Shown piece by piece: positions 1 through 10,322 of a stretch of DNA of 64,000 nt; position 1 is the first letter of the stretch; every line of letters begins with the position of its first letter. The position numbers and the translations under genes are program-made. Origin of the DNA: an uncultured Actinomycetes bacterium (lineage in GTDB: Bacteria > Actinomycetota > Actinomycetes > Streptosporangiales > Streptosporangiaceae); assembly GCA_963770375.1 (NCBI GenBank), contig CAVYPM010000008.1:93999-157998 (forward strand), read 5' to 3'. The notes under the pieces were generated by a model, which saw only the letters and a program-made list of their open reading frames with translations, was not told the origin of the DNA and did not search any database.

Positions 1-198
1 GACATCATCCGCACCGCGACCAACCTGGTCCCGCCCGAGGTCAAAGAGGTGCGCATCATCGACATCGTCGGCCTCGACCAGCAGGCCGACGGCGGCACCC
101 ACGTGGCCACCACCAGCCAGATCGGCCGCATCGAGGTCGCCAAGATCGAGAACAAGGGCAAGGGCTTCCGCCGCCTCCGGATCCGCATAGCCGACTAA
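1..198 (+). CDS. C-terminal fragment of an AlaX-like Ala-tRNA editing protein (tRNA_SAD domain); the gene starts upstream of the window
   Basis: Frame ends ...ADGGTHVATTSQIGRIEVAKIENKGKGFRRLRIRIAD*. The GGTHV...G-[FL]-RR-[IL] pattern is the hallmark of the AlaRS/ThrRS second additional (editing) domain and does not resemble the RadA Lon-like C-terminus. Confidence 0.45.
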   Translation, partial: DIIRTATNLVPPEVKEVRIIDIVGLDQQADGGTHVATTSQIGRIEVAKIENKGKGFRRLRIRIAD

Positions 199-406
199 CC
201 AGCCCAGCCCCGGTGCCGGTGCCGTTCCATGATCGCGGAGGATTTTCTACCGCCCGCGGTGCGAAATCCTCCGTGATCATGGGGCACGTGGGCCCAGTGT
301 GCTGGGGCCTTTCCTCATGCTGAAACGGGTGGGGCCCAGGGGGCTGGTGGGTGCCCGTTAACGGATACGCGGGTCCGCGCCGCCGCCGCTACAGTGTCTG
401 CACTGA

Positions 407-1489
407 GTGCCTTCCTACGGGGGTCCCGTGCCTGACGCGAGCGACGGCCGAGACGAGCGCCGCCGTGCCGTGGTGGCGGCTATGGCCCCGGGCACCGCGC
501 TGCGCGACGGGCTGGAGCGGATCCTGCGGGCCAGCACCGGGGCGCTGATCGTCCTCGGCTACGACGACGCAGTCGCCGGGATCTGCTCCGGCGGTTTCCG
601 GCTCGACGTCCCGTTCTCCGCCACCAGGCTCCGCGAGCTGGCCAAGATGGACGGCGCGATCATCCTGGACGCCGCCGCGGACACGATCGTCCTCGCCGCG
701 GTGCACCTGATGCCCGACCCGGCGCTGCCCACCGACGAGTCGGGGACCCGGCACCGGACCGCCGAGCGGGTCGCCCGCCAGACCGGCCACCCCGTCGTCG
801 CGGTCAGCAAGTCGATGCGCACGATCGGCCTGTACCTGGACGGGACCCGCCACGTCCTGGAGGACTCGGTCGCCGTGCTGACCCACGCCAACCAGGCCCT
901 GGGCACACTGGAGCGCTACCGGATCCGGCTGGATCAGCTGTCCGGCTCGCTGACCGCGCTGGAGATCGAGAACCTGGTCACGGTCCGCGACGTGGCCGCA
1001 GCCGCCCAGCGGCTGGAGATGGTCCGCCGGATCGCCGCGGAGATCGAGGGCTACCAGAACGAGCTGGGCACCGGCGGCCGCCAGCTCGCCCTGCAGCTCG
1101 ACGAGCTGGTCGCCGGCACGGCCGACGAGCGCGAGCTGCTCATCCGCGACTACGCGCCGGCCGTGGACGCGCTGGCCGGGCTCGCCCGGCTGTCCCCGGA
1201 CGAGCTGCTCGACGTGGCCACGGTGGCGGCGGCCCTCGGTTTCGGCCCGCCCGGCACGCTGGACGACGCGGTCAGCCCGCACGGCTACCGGCTGCTGGCC
1301 CGGATCCCCCGGCTGCCCAGGGACGCCGCCGAGCGCATCGCCGCCTGCTTCTGCGGCCTGCAGAAGCTGCTCGCCGCCGGGGTCGAGGAACTCCAGCAGG
1401 TCAGCGGCATCAGCCCGGCGCACGCCAGGATGGCCAGGGAAGGCCTGTCCCGCCTCGCCGAGTCGGCCATCCTCGACCGCTTCGGCTGA
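407..1489 (+). CDS. disA: DNA integrity scanning protein DisA (diadenylate cyclase, c-di-AMP synthase)
   Basis: 360 aa. APGTALRDGLERILRASTGALIVLG...DGAIILD...DESGTRHRTAERVARQTGHPVVAVS aligns along its full length with M. tuberculosis DisA (DAC domain plus C-terminal HhH). GTG start at 407; an alternative ATG lies ~25 codons in. Confidence 0.85.
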   Translation: MPSYGGPVPDASDGRDERRRAVVAAMAPGTALRDGLERILRASTGALIVLGYDDAVAGICSGGFRLDVPFSATRLRELAKMDGAIILDAAADTIVLAAVHLMPDPALPTDESGTRHRTAERVARQTGHPVVAVSKSMRTIGLYLDGTRHVLEDSVAVLTHANQALGTLERYRIRLDQLSGSLTALEIENLVTVRDVAAAAQRLEMVRRIAAEIEGYQNELGTGGRQLALQLDELVAGTADERELLIRDYAPAVDALAGLARLSPDELLDVATVAAALGFGPPGTLDDAVSPHGYRLLARIPRLPRDAAERIAACFCGLQKLLAAGVEELQQVSGISPAHARMAREGLSRLAESAILDRFG

Positions 1490-1570
1490 ACCGCCGCCGG
1501 CCGCTCCGAACCGCCCTGTGCCGTTCTGGCGTGCCGGGGCCGCCCGGGACCATGCGAGGATCGGCTGGTT

Positions 1571-2440
1571 ATGGGAAACCGGTATCTCGAGCCCGTACTG
1601 GCCTGGTACGGCGCCCAGGCCAGGGACCTGCCGTGGCGCCGCCCGGACGCCTCCCCGTGGGCCGTCCTGGTCAGCGAGTTCATGCTGCAGCAGACGCCGG
1701 TCAGCCGCGTCCGGCCGGCCTACGCGGCCTGGCTCGAGCGCTGGCCGGACGCGCCGGCCCTGGCCGCAAGCCCGCCCGGCGAGGCGGTCAGGCAATGGGG
1801 CACGCTCGGCTATCCGCGCCGCGCGCTGCGGCTGCACGAAACGGCGCGGATCCTTACTAAGAATTACGGTGGGCAGGTGCCGGCCTCGGTCGCCGAGCTG
1901 ATCCTGCTGCCCGGCGTGGGCGCCTACACCGCGGCCGCGGTGGCCAGCTTCGCCTACCGGCAGCGGCACGCGGTGCTGGACACCAACGTCCGCCGGGTGC
2001 TGGCCCGGCTGGAGCGGGGCCAGGAGTTCCCGCCCCGGTCGGCCACCGCCGCGGAGACCGCGCTGGCCCAGTCGCTGCTGCCCGGCGACGGCCCGCAGGC
2101 GGCCCGCTGGTCGGTAGCGGTGATGGAGCTGGGCGCGCTGGTCTGCACGGCCACCAGGCCCAGATGCCCGGCCTGCCCGGTGGCTGCCCACTGCGCCTGG
2201 CGCCGGTCCGGCGCCCCCGCCGGGCTGCGCGCCCCCGGCCAGCCCAGATACGAAGGCAGCGACCGCCAGTGCCGCGGCCGCCTGCTGGCCGTCCTGCGCG
2301 CCGCAGGCGGCCCGGTCAGCGCGGACCAGCTCGCGCAGGCCTGGCCGGACGCCACCCAGCGAGCCCGGGCCCTGGACGGCCTGGTCGCCGACGGCCTGGC
2401 CGAGCCGCTGGAGGACGACCGCTTCGCCCTCCCGGCCTGA
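1571..2440 (+). CDS. mutY: A/G-specific adenine DNA glycosylase MutY
   Basis: HhH-GPD fold (LPGVGAYTAAAVASFAY) and a C-x6-C-x2-C-x5-C 4Fe-4S loop (CTATRPRCPACPVAAHC); same position as Rv3589. Confidence 0.85.
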   Translation: MGNRYLEPVLAWYGAQARDLPWRRPDASPWAVLVSEFMLQQTPVSRVRPAYAAWLERWPDAPALAASPPGEAVRQWGTLGYPRRALRLHETARILTKNYGGQVPASVAELILLPGVGAYTAAAVASFAYRQRHAVLDTNVRRVLARLERGQEFPPRSATAAETALAQSLLPGDGPQAARWSVAVMELGALVCTATRPRCPACPVAAHCAWRRSGAPAGLRAPGQPRYEGSDRQCRGRLLAVLRAAGGPVSADQLAQAWPDATQRARALDGLVADGLAEPLEDDRFALPA

Positions 2441-2457
2441 TCCCAGCCCGCAGAAAG

Positions 2458-2493
2458 CAGCCAGCCGGCCTCCTGGTGGAGGCCGGCTGGCTG
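2458..2493. terminator. Perfect 13-16 bp GC hairpin between convergent mutY and clpC1 (bidirectional terminator)
   Basis: ccagccggcctcc tggt ggaggccggctgg; no U-tract, as is usual in actinobacteria. Confidence 0.55.
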
Positions 2494-2534
2494 GCCGTGC
2501 TGGTGGCGGGCCGGTCCTGGGGCCGGCCTGCCCG

Positions 2535-5093
<2,559 letters not shown>

Positions 5094-5330
5094 CTCGTCG
5101 CTCCCTCACAGAGCGGTCGGGTAGGCGTACTGCCCTGTCCTTCCGCATGCTAGCCCGCGTGCCGGGCGACGTTCGCACAAGCAATATGTCGCTCATGTAA
5201 AACGTTCCCCCACCACGTGGCGTTCATCCCATCCAACTGGTGGAACCCGAGGTGGTGTTCCCAGATACGCCGGGAGCGAACGCGCTGCCGGGAGATGTAC
5301 AGACCGGCCTCCGGCGGAGCCGGCCAGCTC

Positions 5331-5425
5331 GGAGGGCCGCGGCGCTGTTTCCGACGAGCGATGAGGCGCGACGAAGGAGCGCCGAGGGAGCGAGGAGGGA
5401 AGGCAGCGCTCAAGCGGCCCACGAG
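5331..5425 (+). repeat. Copy A of a ~95-nt purine-rich, SD-like-rich conserved element in the clpC1-lsr2 intergenic region
   Basis: ggagggccgcggcgctgtttccgacgagcgatgaggcgcgacgaaggagcgccgagggagcgaggagggaaggcagcgctcaagcggccc is ~93% identical to 55634-55730 in the same orientation. Internal complementarity (GGCGCU...AGCGCC) is present. Confidence 0.6.
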
Positions 5426-5574
5426 CCAGCCAGCACTGCCCGAGCGAGCCAGACAGCACAGCGCACCGCGCGGGTTCGCGCGGTGCGCTGCTGGCCTTGC
5501 TGCGCTGCGAGCGGTCACCTACCCGGCCGGGGGATGCGGGTCAGGCCCGCGCGTCCCCTGGGCACGGGTGGTGC

Positions 5575-5907
5575 TCAGTGGGCGGCCTCGTACTCCTGGA
5601 TGATCGTGGCCGGGATACGCCCGCGCTCGCTTACCTTGTGACCCTTGTCGCGGGCCCAGGCGCGGATTTCCGCGCTGCGCTCGCGGCCCGGGCCGCTGCG
5701 GGCCCGGCGGCGGCGGGCGACGGAACCCGCACGGCGGGCATTGCCGGTGTACGCGCCGAACTTGTCGTGCAGTTCCTTGGCGTGTGCCGTGCACACGTCG
5801 ATCTCGTAGGCAGTTCCCTCAAAGGAGAACGAAACCGTCTCCTTACTCAGGACCTCGTCATCGTGCGGAAGGTCGCAGACGACAGTCGTTGTAATCTTCC
5901 GTGCCAT
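5575..5907 (-). CDS. lsr2: Nucleoid-associated protein Lsr2
   Basis: 110 aa. MARKITTTVVCDLPHDDEV...EIRAWARDKGHKVSERGRIPATIIQEYEAAH matches the Lsr2 N-terminal dimerisation and C-terminal AT-hook-like DNA-binding domains. AT-rich upstream region. Confidence 0.9.
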   Translation of the reverse strand: MARKITTTVVCDLPHDDEVLSKETVSFSFEGTAYEIDVCTAHAKELHDKFGAYTGNARRAGSVARRRRARSGPGRERSAEIRAWARDKGHKVSERGRIPATIIQEYEAAH

Positions 5908-6517
5908 GGGTCCAGCCCTTCCGCTACAGCCAGCTTATTAAGGTTTGCCAAACATATACCAGGACCGTTGCGTTTGACAATTGCGACGGCGATGATTGTG
6001 CTAGCTAGTTGCCCCGAACAGGCGAATGACGGCATTCCGGAAGGCCCACGTAACTCTCCGTAATCAGCGCCGCTTAGTGCCCCACAATGCTGATGCACGG
6101 CTGCGATGCAAGGCTGACTAGCGGCTACTGGCGAGGCGCGGAACCGCGCTCAGTGGTTTCCGCATGCCCTTCCTTGGGAGTTTCGCCAGCACTGCCTGTG
6201 ACAGTGCCATCGATTGCAGTATCGCCGATCCCGGCGGCGCCGCGATTCGGCTCGGCCGCGTCGTCCTCGTCGCCGCCGCGGCGCGAGCCCATCTCGTGGC
6301 GCAGGAACGCGCCCACCGCGACCAGCACCGCGACGCAGATCACGGCCGGCGGGATCAGTGCCGCCAGGTCTGCGTTCACGGCCCGCCTCCCGTCTGCGAC
6401 TCACTGAATACCGGCTGGCCGCGGGCCTGGCGCCGGGCAACTGCGGCTACCGGCTCGCACTGGCATTGTCACTCATCGCAGTGGCGGCCGCGGCACCGGG
6501 TCCGGCCTGGCCGGCCG

Positions 6518-9500
6518 ATGCGGGCGCCACTGACAGCACGCCGTGGCACTATCGGACCGCCCCCTCCGCGCGCCGCCGTCCCAGGAAGCAGGCCCTGTTC
6601 GTTGTTCCGTGCCGACCTGCACATCCACTCCCGGTTCTCCCGTGCGTGCAGTAAGAACTGCGACCTCGAGCATCTCGCCTGGTGGGCCCGGCGCAAAGGA
6701 ATCACAGTGGTCGGGACCGGGGATTTCACCCACCCGGCGTGGACCGAGGAACTCGCCGATTCCCTAATTCCCGCCGAGCCAGGCCTTTTCCGGCTGCGCG
6801 GCCCACTCGAAGATCAGCTGCGCCGGACCTCGCCGCCGAGCTGCACCGGTGAGGTCCGATTCATGCTGTCGTCGGAGATCTCCACGATCTACCGGCGCGG
6901 CGATCGGACCAGGAAAGTTCACCATCTGCTCTACGCACCGGACTTCGCCGCGGCAGGCCGGATCACCGCTGCGCTATCGAAGATCGGCAATCTGGCGTCC
7001 GACGGCCGGCCGATCCTTGGGCTCGACTCGCGCGATCTGCTGGAGATCGTTCTGGATAGCGGCCCGGGCAGCTATCTTGTCCCGGCGCACGTTTGGACGC
7101 CCTGGTTCGCGGTCCTTGGCTCCAAATCCGGCTTCGATCTGGTCGCGGACTGCTACGGCGATCTTGCCAGCGAGATATTCGCGATCGAGACCGGCCTGTC
7201 GTCGGACCCGGCGATGAACTGGCGCTGCTCAGTGCTGGATGGCTACCGGCTGGTGAGCAACTCCGATGCGCATTCCCCGCCGATGCTGGGGCGCGAGGCC
7301 ACTACGTTCGGTACAGCGCTTGATTACTTCGCGATGGCCGATGGACTGCGCACCGGCAACGGCCTGATTGGCACCATCGAGTTCTTTCCCGAAGAGGGCA
7401 AGTACCACCTGGATGGGCACCGGAAGTGCGGTGTACGGCTGGAGCCCGGCCAGACCAGGAAACAGGGCGGGGACTGCCCGCGGTGCGGGCGGCCGCTGAC
7501 CGTCGGCGTGCTGAACCGGGTGACCGAGCTGGCCGACCGGCCCGAGGGCTACCGGCCGGACGGCGCGCCGGAGGCCGTCAACCTGGTCTCGCTGCCGCAG
7601 ATCGTCGGCGAGGTGCTGGCTGCCGGGCCGCAGAGCAAGAAGGTCACCACGGAGGTCACCCGGCTGGTCGCGGCGCTCGGCCCGGAGCTCGACCTGCTGA
7701 CCGTGGTGCCGCCCGGCGAGCTGAGCCGGGTGGCCGGCAGCACCGTGGCCGAGGCCATCGCCCGGCTGCGGCGCGGCGAGGTGCAGCGGACCGGCGGCTT
7801 CGACGGCGAGTACGGCACGGTCCGGCTGTTCGGGCCCGGCGAGCTGACCGCGGCGGGGGCTCTTTTCGACGTTCCCGCGACCAGGAGCGCCCCGCCCGGC
7901 CAGGACGGCCAGGACGGCCAGATCCCGGAGACGGATCCGGGCCACGGGGCCAGCGGGCCGGATCCGGACGGCCGGCGCCGGGCCACGGGCACCGGCCCGC
8001 CCGCCGGCCCCCGCACGGGCCAGGAAACGGCACTCGACCCCGATCAGCTCGCCGCGGTCCAGGCGGCCAGCCCGCTGATGATCATCGCGGGGCCCGGTAC
8101 CGGCAAGACCCGCACGCTGGCGTACCGGATCGCCAGGCAGATCGCTGACGGGCTCCCGGCGCAGCGCTGCCTGGCGGTGACGTTCACCCGGCGGGCGGCC
8201 GGCGAACTTCGCGCCCGTCTGGACAGCCTTGTCCCGGGCTCCGCGGGACAACCATGCGTATCCAATTTTCATGGGCTAGGGCTGCAGCTGCTGCGTGAGT
8301 ATCCGGAGCGAGCGGGGCTGACACCAGAATTTTCCGTGGCTGACGAGGCCGCGGTAGCGGAGGTGGCCGCCGGGCTGGCCGGGTCGGCGCGGGCCGGGCG
8401 GCGGCTGCTGGCCGAGGCGGCCACGGACCCGGACCGCCGTGCGGAGCTGACGGCCGCACTGCGGGCCAGGGATCTGGTCGACTTCGACGGGCTGATCGAG
8501 CTGGCCGCCGGGCTGCTGCGCGGCGACCCCGGCCTGGCCGCGCGGATGCGCGAGCGCTGGCCGCGGATCAGCGTGGACGAGTACCAGGACATCGACGCGG
8601 CGCAGTACGAGCTGCTGGCCCTGCTGGCCGGGGACGGCACCGGGCTGACCGTGATCGGCGACCCGGACCAGGCCATCTACGGGTTCCGCGGCGCGGACGT
8701 CGGGTTCTTCCTGCGCTTCGGCGAGGACTACCCGGGGGCCACCACCTGCCAGCTGACCAGGAACTACCGGGCCACCGCGGCGATCGTGGCGGGCGCAACG
8801 GCGGTCATCGCCCCGGCCACGCTGGCCCCAGGACGGCTCCTGCACGCGGTCAACGGCGGCGGCGCGCCGATCACCCTCCACGAGGCCGCCGACGAGGCCG
8901 CGGAGGCGGCCTGGATAGCGGCGTCGGTCGACCGGCTGCTCGGCGGGGTGTCGCTGCACTCGATCGACAGCGGGCGGGCCGACGGGCACGCGGTGGATGG
9001 GGTCAGCCTGCGCGACGTGGCCGTGCTGTACCGCACCGACGGCCAGGCGGCCGCGCTCGGCCAGGCGCTGGGACGGGCCGGGCTGCCGTACCAGAAGGGC
9101 TCGCACGACCTTCTGGCCCGCCGGACCGGCGTCGCTGACCTGGTCGCCGAACTGCGCCGCGCCGCCACCGACCCGGCCGCTCCCGCCGACCCGGCCGCTC
9201 CCGCCGGCCCGGCTGATCCGGACGTGGCGGAGCGGCTGCGGGCGGCGGCCCGGCGGCTGACCGCGGGTGCCAGCCCGGGGCGGGCCACGGACCTGCGCTC
9301 GGCGGCCGCGGCGCTGTCGCCGCTGGCCCGCCGGTGCGGCGGCGACCTGACCGCTTTCCTGGCCGAGATCGCTCTCGGCGCCCAGGCCGACGCGCTGGAC
9401 CCGCGGGCCGACGCGGTCACCCTCCTGACCCTGCACGCGGCCAAGGGCCTGGAGTTCGACGTGGTGTTCCTGGCCGGCTGCGAGCGTGGCCTGCTCCCGC

Positions 9501-9745
9501 TGTGGCTCCCCGGCCAGGACCCCACCGCCGAAACCGCTGAGGAGCGGCGCCTGCTGTTCGTCGGGATGACCAGGGCGCGGTCCCGGCTGTACCTGAGCTA
9601 CGCCGCCCAGCGGGCCCGCCGCGGCGCGATCGCCGGGGGCGGCGGCCTGTCACCGTTCCTGGCCGGCATCAGCCCGGACCTCCTGCGCCGCCCGCAGGCC
9701 CCGCGGCCCCGGCGCCCTGACGCACAGCAACTGCGGCTGCTCTAG
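6518..9745 (+). CDS. Fusion protein: COG1379/TIGR00375-type PHP phosphoesterase with Zn-ribbon, joined to a UvrD/REP-family SF1 DNA helicase
   Basis: N-terminal DLHIHSRFS...TGDFTHPAW...CPRCGRPLTVGVLNRVTELAD (PHP plus Zn ribbon). C-terminal helicase motifs are complete: I AGPGTGKT, II DEYQD, III GDPDQAIYGFRGA, IV LTRNYR, V/VI TLHAAKGLEFDVVFL / FVGMTRARSRLYLS. The ORF opens at 6164, but the first ~120 codons are Arg-rich antisense overlap; the likely start is ATG 6518 or TTG 6602 (AGGAAG 12 nt upstream). Confidence 0.75.
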   Translation: MRAPLTARRGTIGPPPPRAAVPGSRPCSLFRADLHIHSRFSRACSKNCDLEHLAWWARRKGITVVGTGDFTHPAWTEELADSLIPAEPGLFRLRGPLEDQLRRTSPPSCTGEVRFMLSSEISTIYRRGDRTRKVHHLLYAPDFAAAGRITAALSKIGNLASDGRPILGLDSRDLLEIVLDSGPGSYLVPAHVWTPWFAVLGSKSGFDLVADCYGDLASEIFAIETGLSSDPAMNWRCSVLDGYRLVSNSDAHSPPMLGREATTFGTALDYFAMADGLRTGNGLIGTIEFFPEEGKYHLDGHRKCGVRLEPGQTRKQGGDCPRCGRPLTVGVLNRVTELADRPEGYRPDGAPEAVNLVSLPQIVGEVLAAGPQSKKVTTEVTRLVAALGPELDLLTVVPPGELSRVAGSTVAEAIARLRRGEVQRTGGFDGEYGTVRLFGPGELTAAGALFDVPATRSAPPGQDGQDGQIPETDPGHGASGPDPDGRRRATGTGPPAGPRTGQETALDPDQLAAVQAASPLMIIAGPGTGKTRTLAYRIARQIADGLPAQRCLAVTFTRRAAGELRARLDSLVPGSAGQPCVSNFHGLGLQLLREYPERAGLTPEFSVADEAAVAEVAAGLAGSARAGRRLLAEAATDPDRRAELTAALRARDLVDFDGLIELAAGLLRGDPGLAARMRERWPRISVDEYQDIDAAQYELLALLAGDGTGLTVIGDPDQAIYGFRGADVGFFLRFGEDYPGATTCQLTRNYRATAAIVAGATAVIAPATLAPGRLLHAVNGGGAPITLHEAADEAAEAAWIAASVDRLLGGVSLHSIDSGRADGHAVDGVSLRDVAVLYRTDGQAAALGQALGRAGLPYQKGSHDLLARRTGVADLVAELRRAATDPAAPADPAAPAGPADPDVAERLRAAARRLTAGASPGRATDLRSAAAALSPLARRCGGDLTAFLAEIALGAQADALDPRADAVTLLTLHAAKGLEFDVVFLAGCERGLLPLWLPGQDPTAETAEERRLLFVGMTRARSRLYLSYAAQRARRGAIAGGGGLSPFLAGISPDLLRRPQAPRPRRPDAQQLRLL

Positions 9746-10124
9746 CGCCCCGCGCCCGCCCCCGGAGCCCGGCCGGCGGCCCGCCCGGCAACCGCCGGGA
9801 ACGCCTGCCGGCATTGGCCTGCAGGGCCGCTGTGCTGCCCAAATGCACCCCGCCTCAACGCAGTGTCACTAATTAGCTACGCGTTGCTGGAAAGCGCCGC
9901 CGGCCTCACGCTGCGCACATCACGCGCAGATCACACCGGCCACCGCACCCCTCTTGACCTGCGGTGCGGCGGATTTACGACGCGCCGCCGCGAGCTGCAG
10001 AAATAGGCTCCCGTCCCGTCGGTTACGCTCCGCAGCCAGACGCGCCGACGTAAAAATTTCTGTCGTTCTCATTCGCGGTAGGCCTCCGTTCCATTAATCT
10101 CCAACGCTGTTAACCCCTGTTGCC

Positions 10125-10310
10125 GGCTGCCCCCTGAGACAGGCCGGTGACACCCGCCGAGTTCCTGGTGTGTGCTCGCATGCACCGGGGAGCCGGGGAC
10201 CCACCGTTCCCCGGGGTGAATCGGCTGGCTCCGGCCCTGCCCCAGGGCCGTACCAGCCGTAGGGCTCCTCCAGCCCGAACCCGTCAGCTAACCCGGTAGG
10301 CGGCCGAGGA
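10125..10310 (+). promoter_or_regulatory. ydaO/kimA-class c-di-AMP riboswitch in the 5' leader of the NlpC/P60 gene
   Basis: CCGGGGUGAAUCGG (compare GGGGUUAAUC) and CCCGUCAGCUAACCCGGUAGGCGG (compare CCCGACAGCUAACUCCGGAGGC) match the crystallised T. tengcongensis c-di-AMP riboswitch. The element ends at the RBS GGAGGAGAGGAGCAGC just before the start codon. 5' boundary is approximate. Confidence 0.7.
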
Positions 10311-10322
10311 GAGGAGCAGCAC

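Noticed and set aside
1-198. Calling the first partial gene radA on the basis of the conserved radA-disA operon
   Set aside because: The C-terminal sequence carries the GGTHV / RR[IL] signature of the AlaRS-ThrRS editing domain, not the Lon-like RadA C-terminus. Synteny alone was judged insufficient.
389-2191. 600-aa minus-strand ORF antisense to disA and mutY. Similar long ORFs were seen at 3339-5153 (+), 8276-9436 (-), 10494-12005 (-), 11093-13075 (+), 18769-20241 (+), 20948-23068 (+), 23841-26384 (+), 24796-27483 (-), 45186-46529 (-), 48858-51062 (-) and 51062-53407 (-).
   Set aside because: All are Arg/Gly/Pro/Ala-rich translations with no recognisable motifs. Each lies exactly antisense to or out of frame with a strongly conserved gene. 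These are the stop-codon-poor shadow ORFs expected at 72% GC.
5094-5330. ClgR-like operator upstream of clpC1 (partial dyad GTGCGAAC...GCAC) and a CRP-like site in the 59200 repeats
   Set aside because: Matches to the published consensus sequences are weak. Half-site spacing is wrong for CRP (TGTGA-N6-TCACA not found). Not supportable without a scan.
6164-6517. N-terminal 118 codons of the PHP-helicase ORF (would give a 1193-aa protein)
   Set aside because: Arg/His-rich with no hydrophobic periodicity. It overlaps other frames' ORFs and lacks an RBS. The PHP domain's first conserved motif (DLHIHS) begins just after ATG 6518 / TTG 6602.
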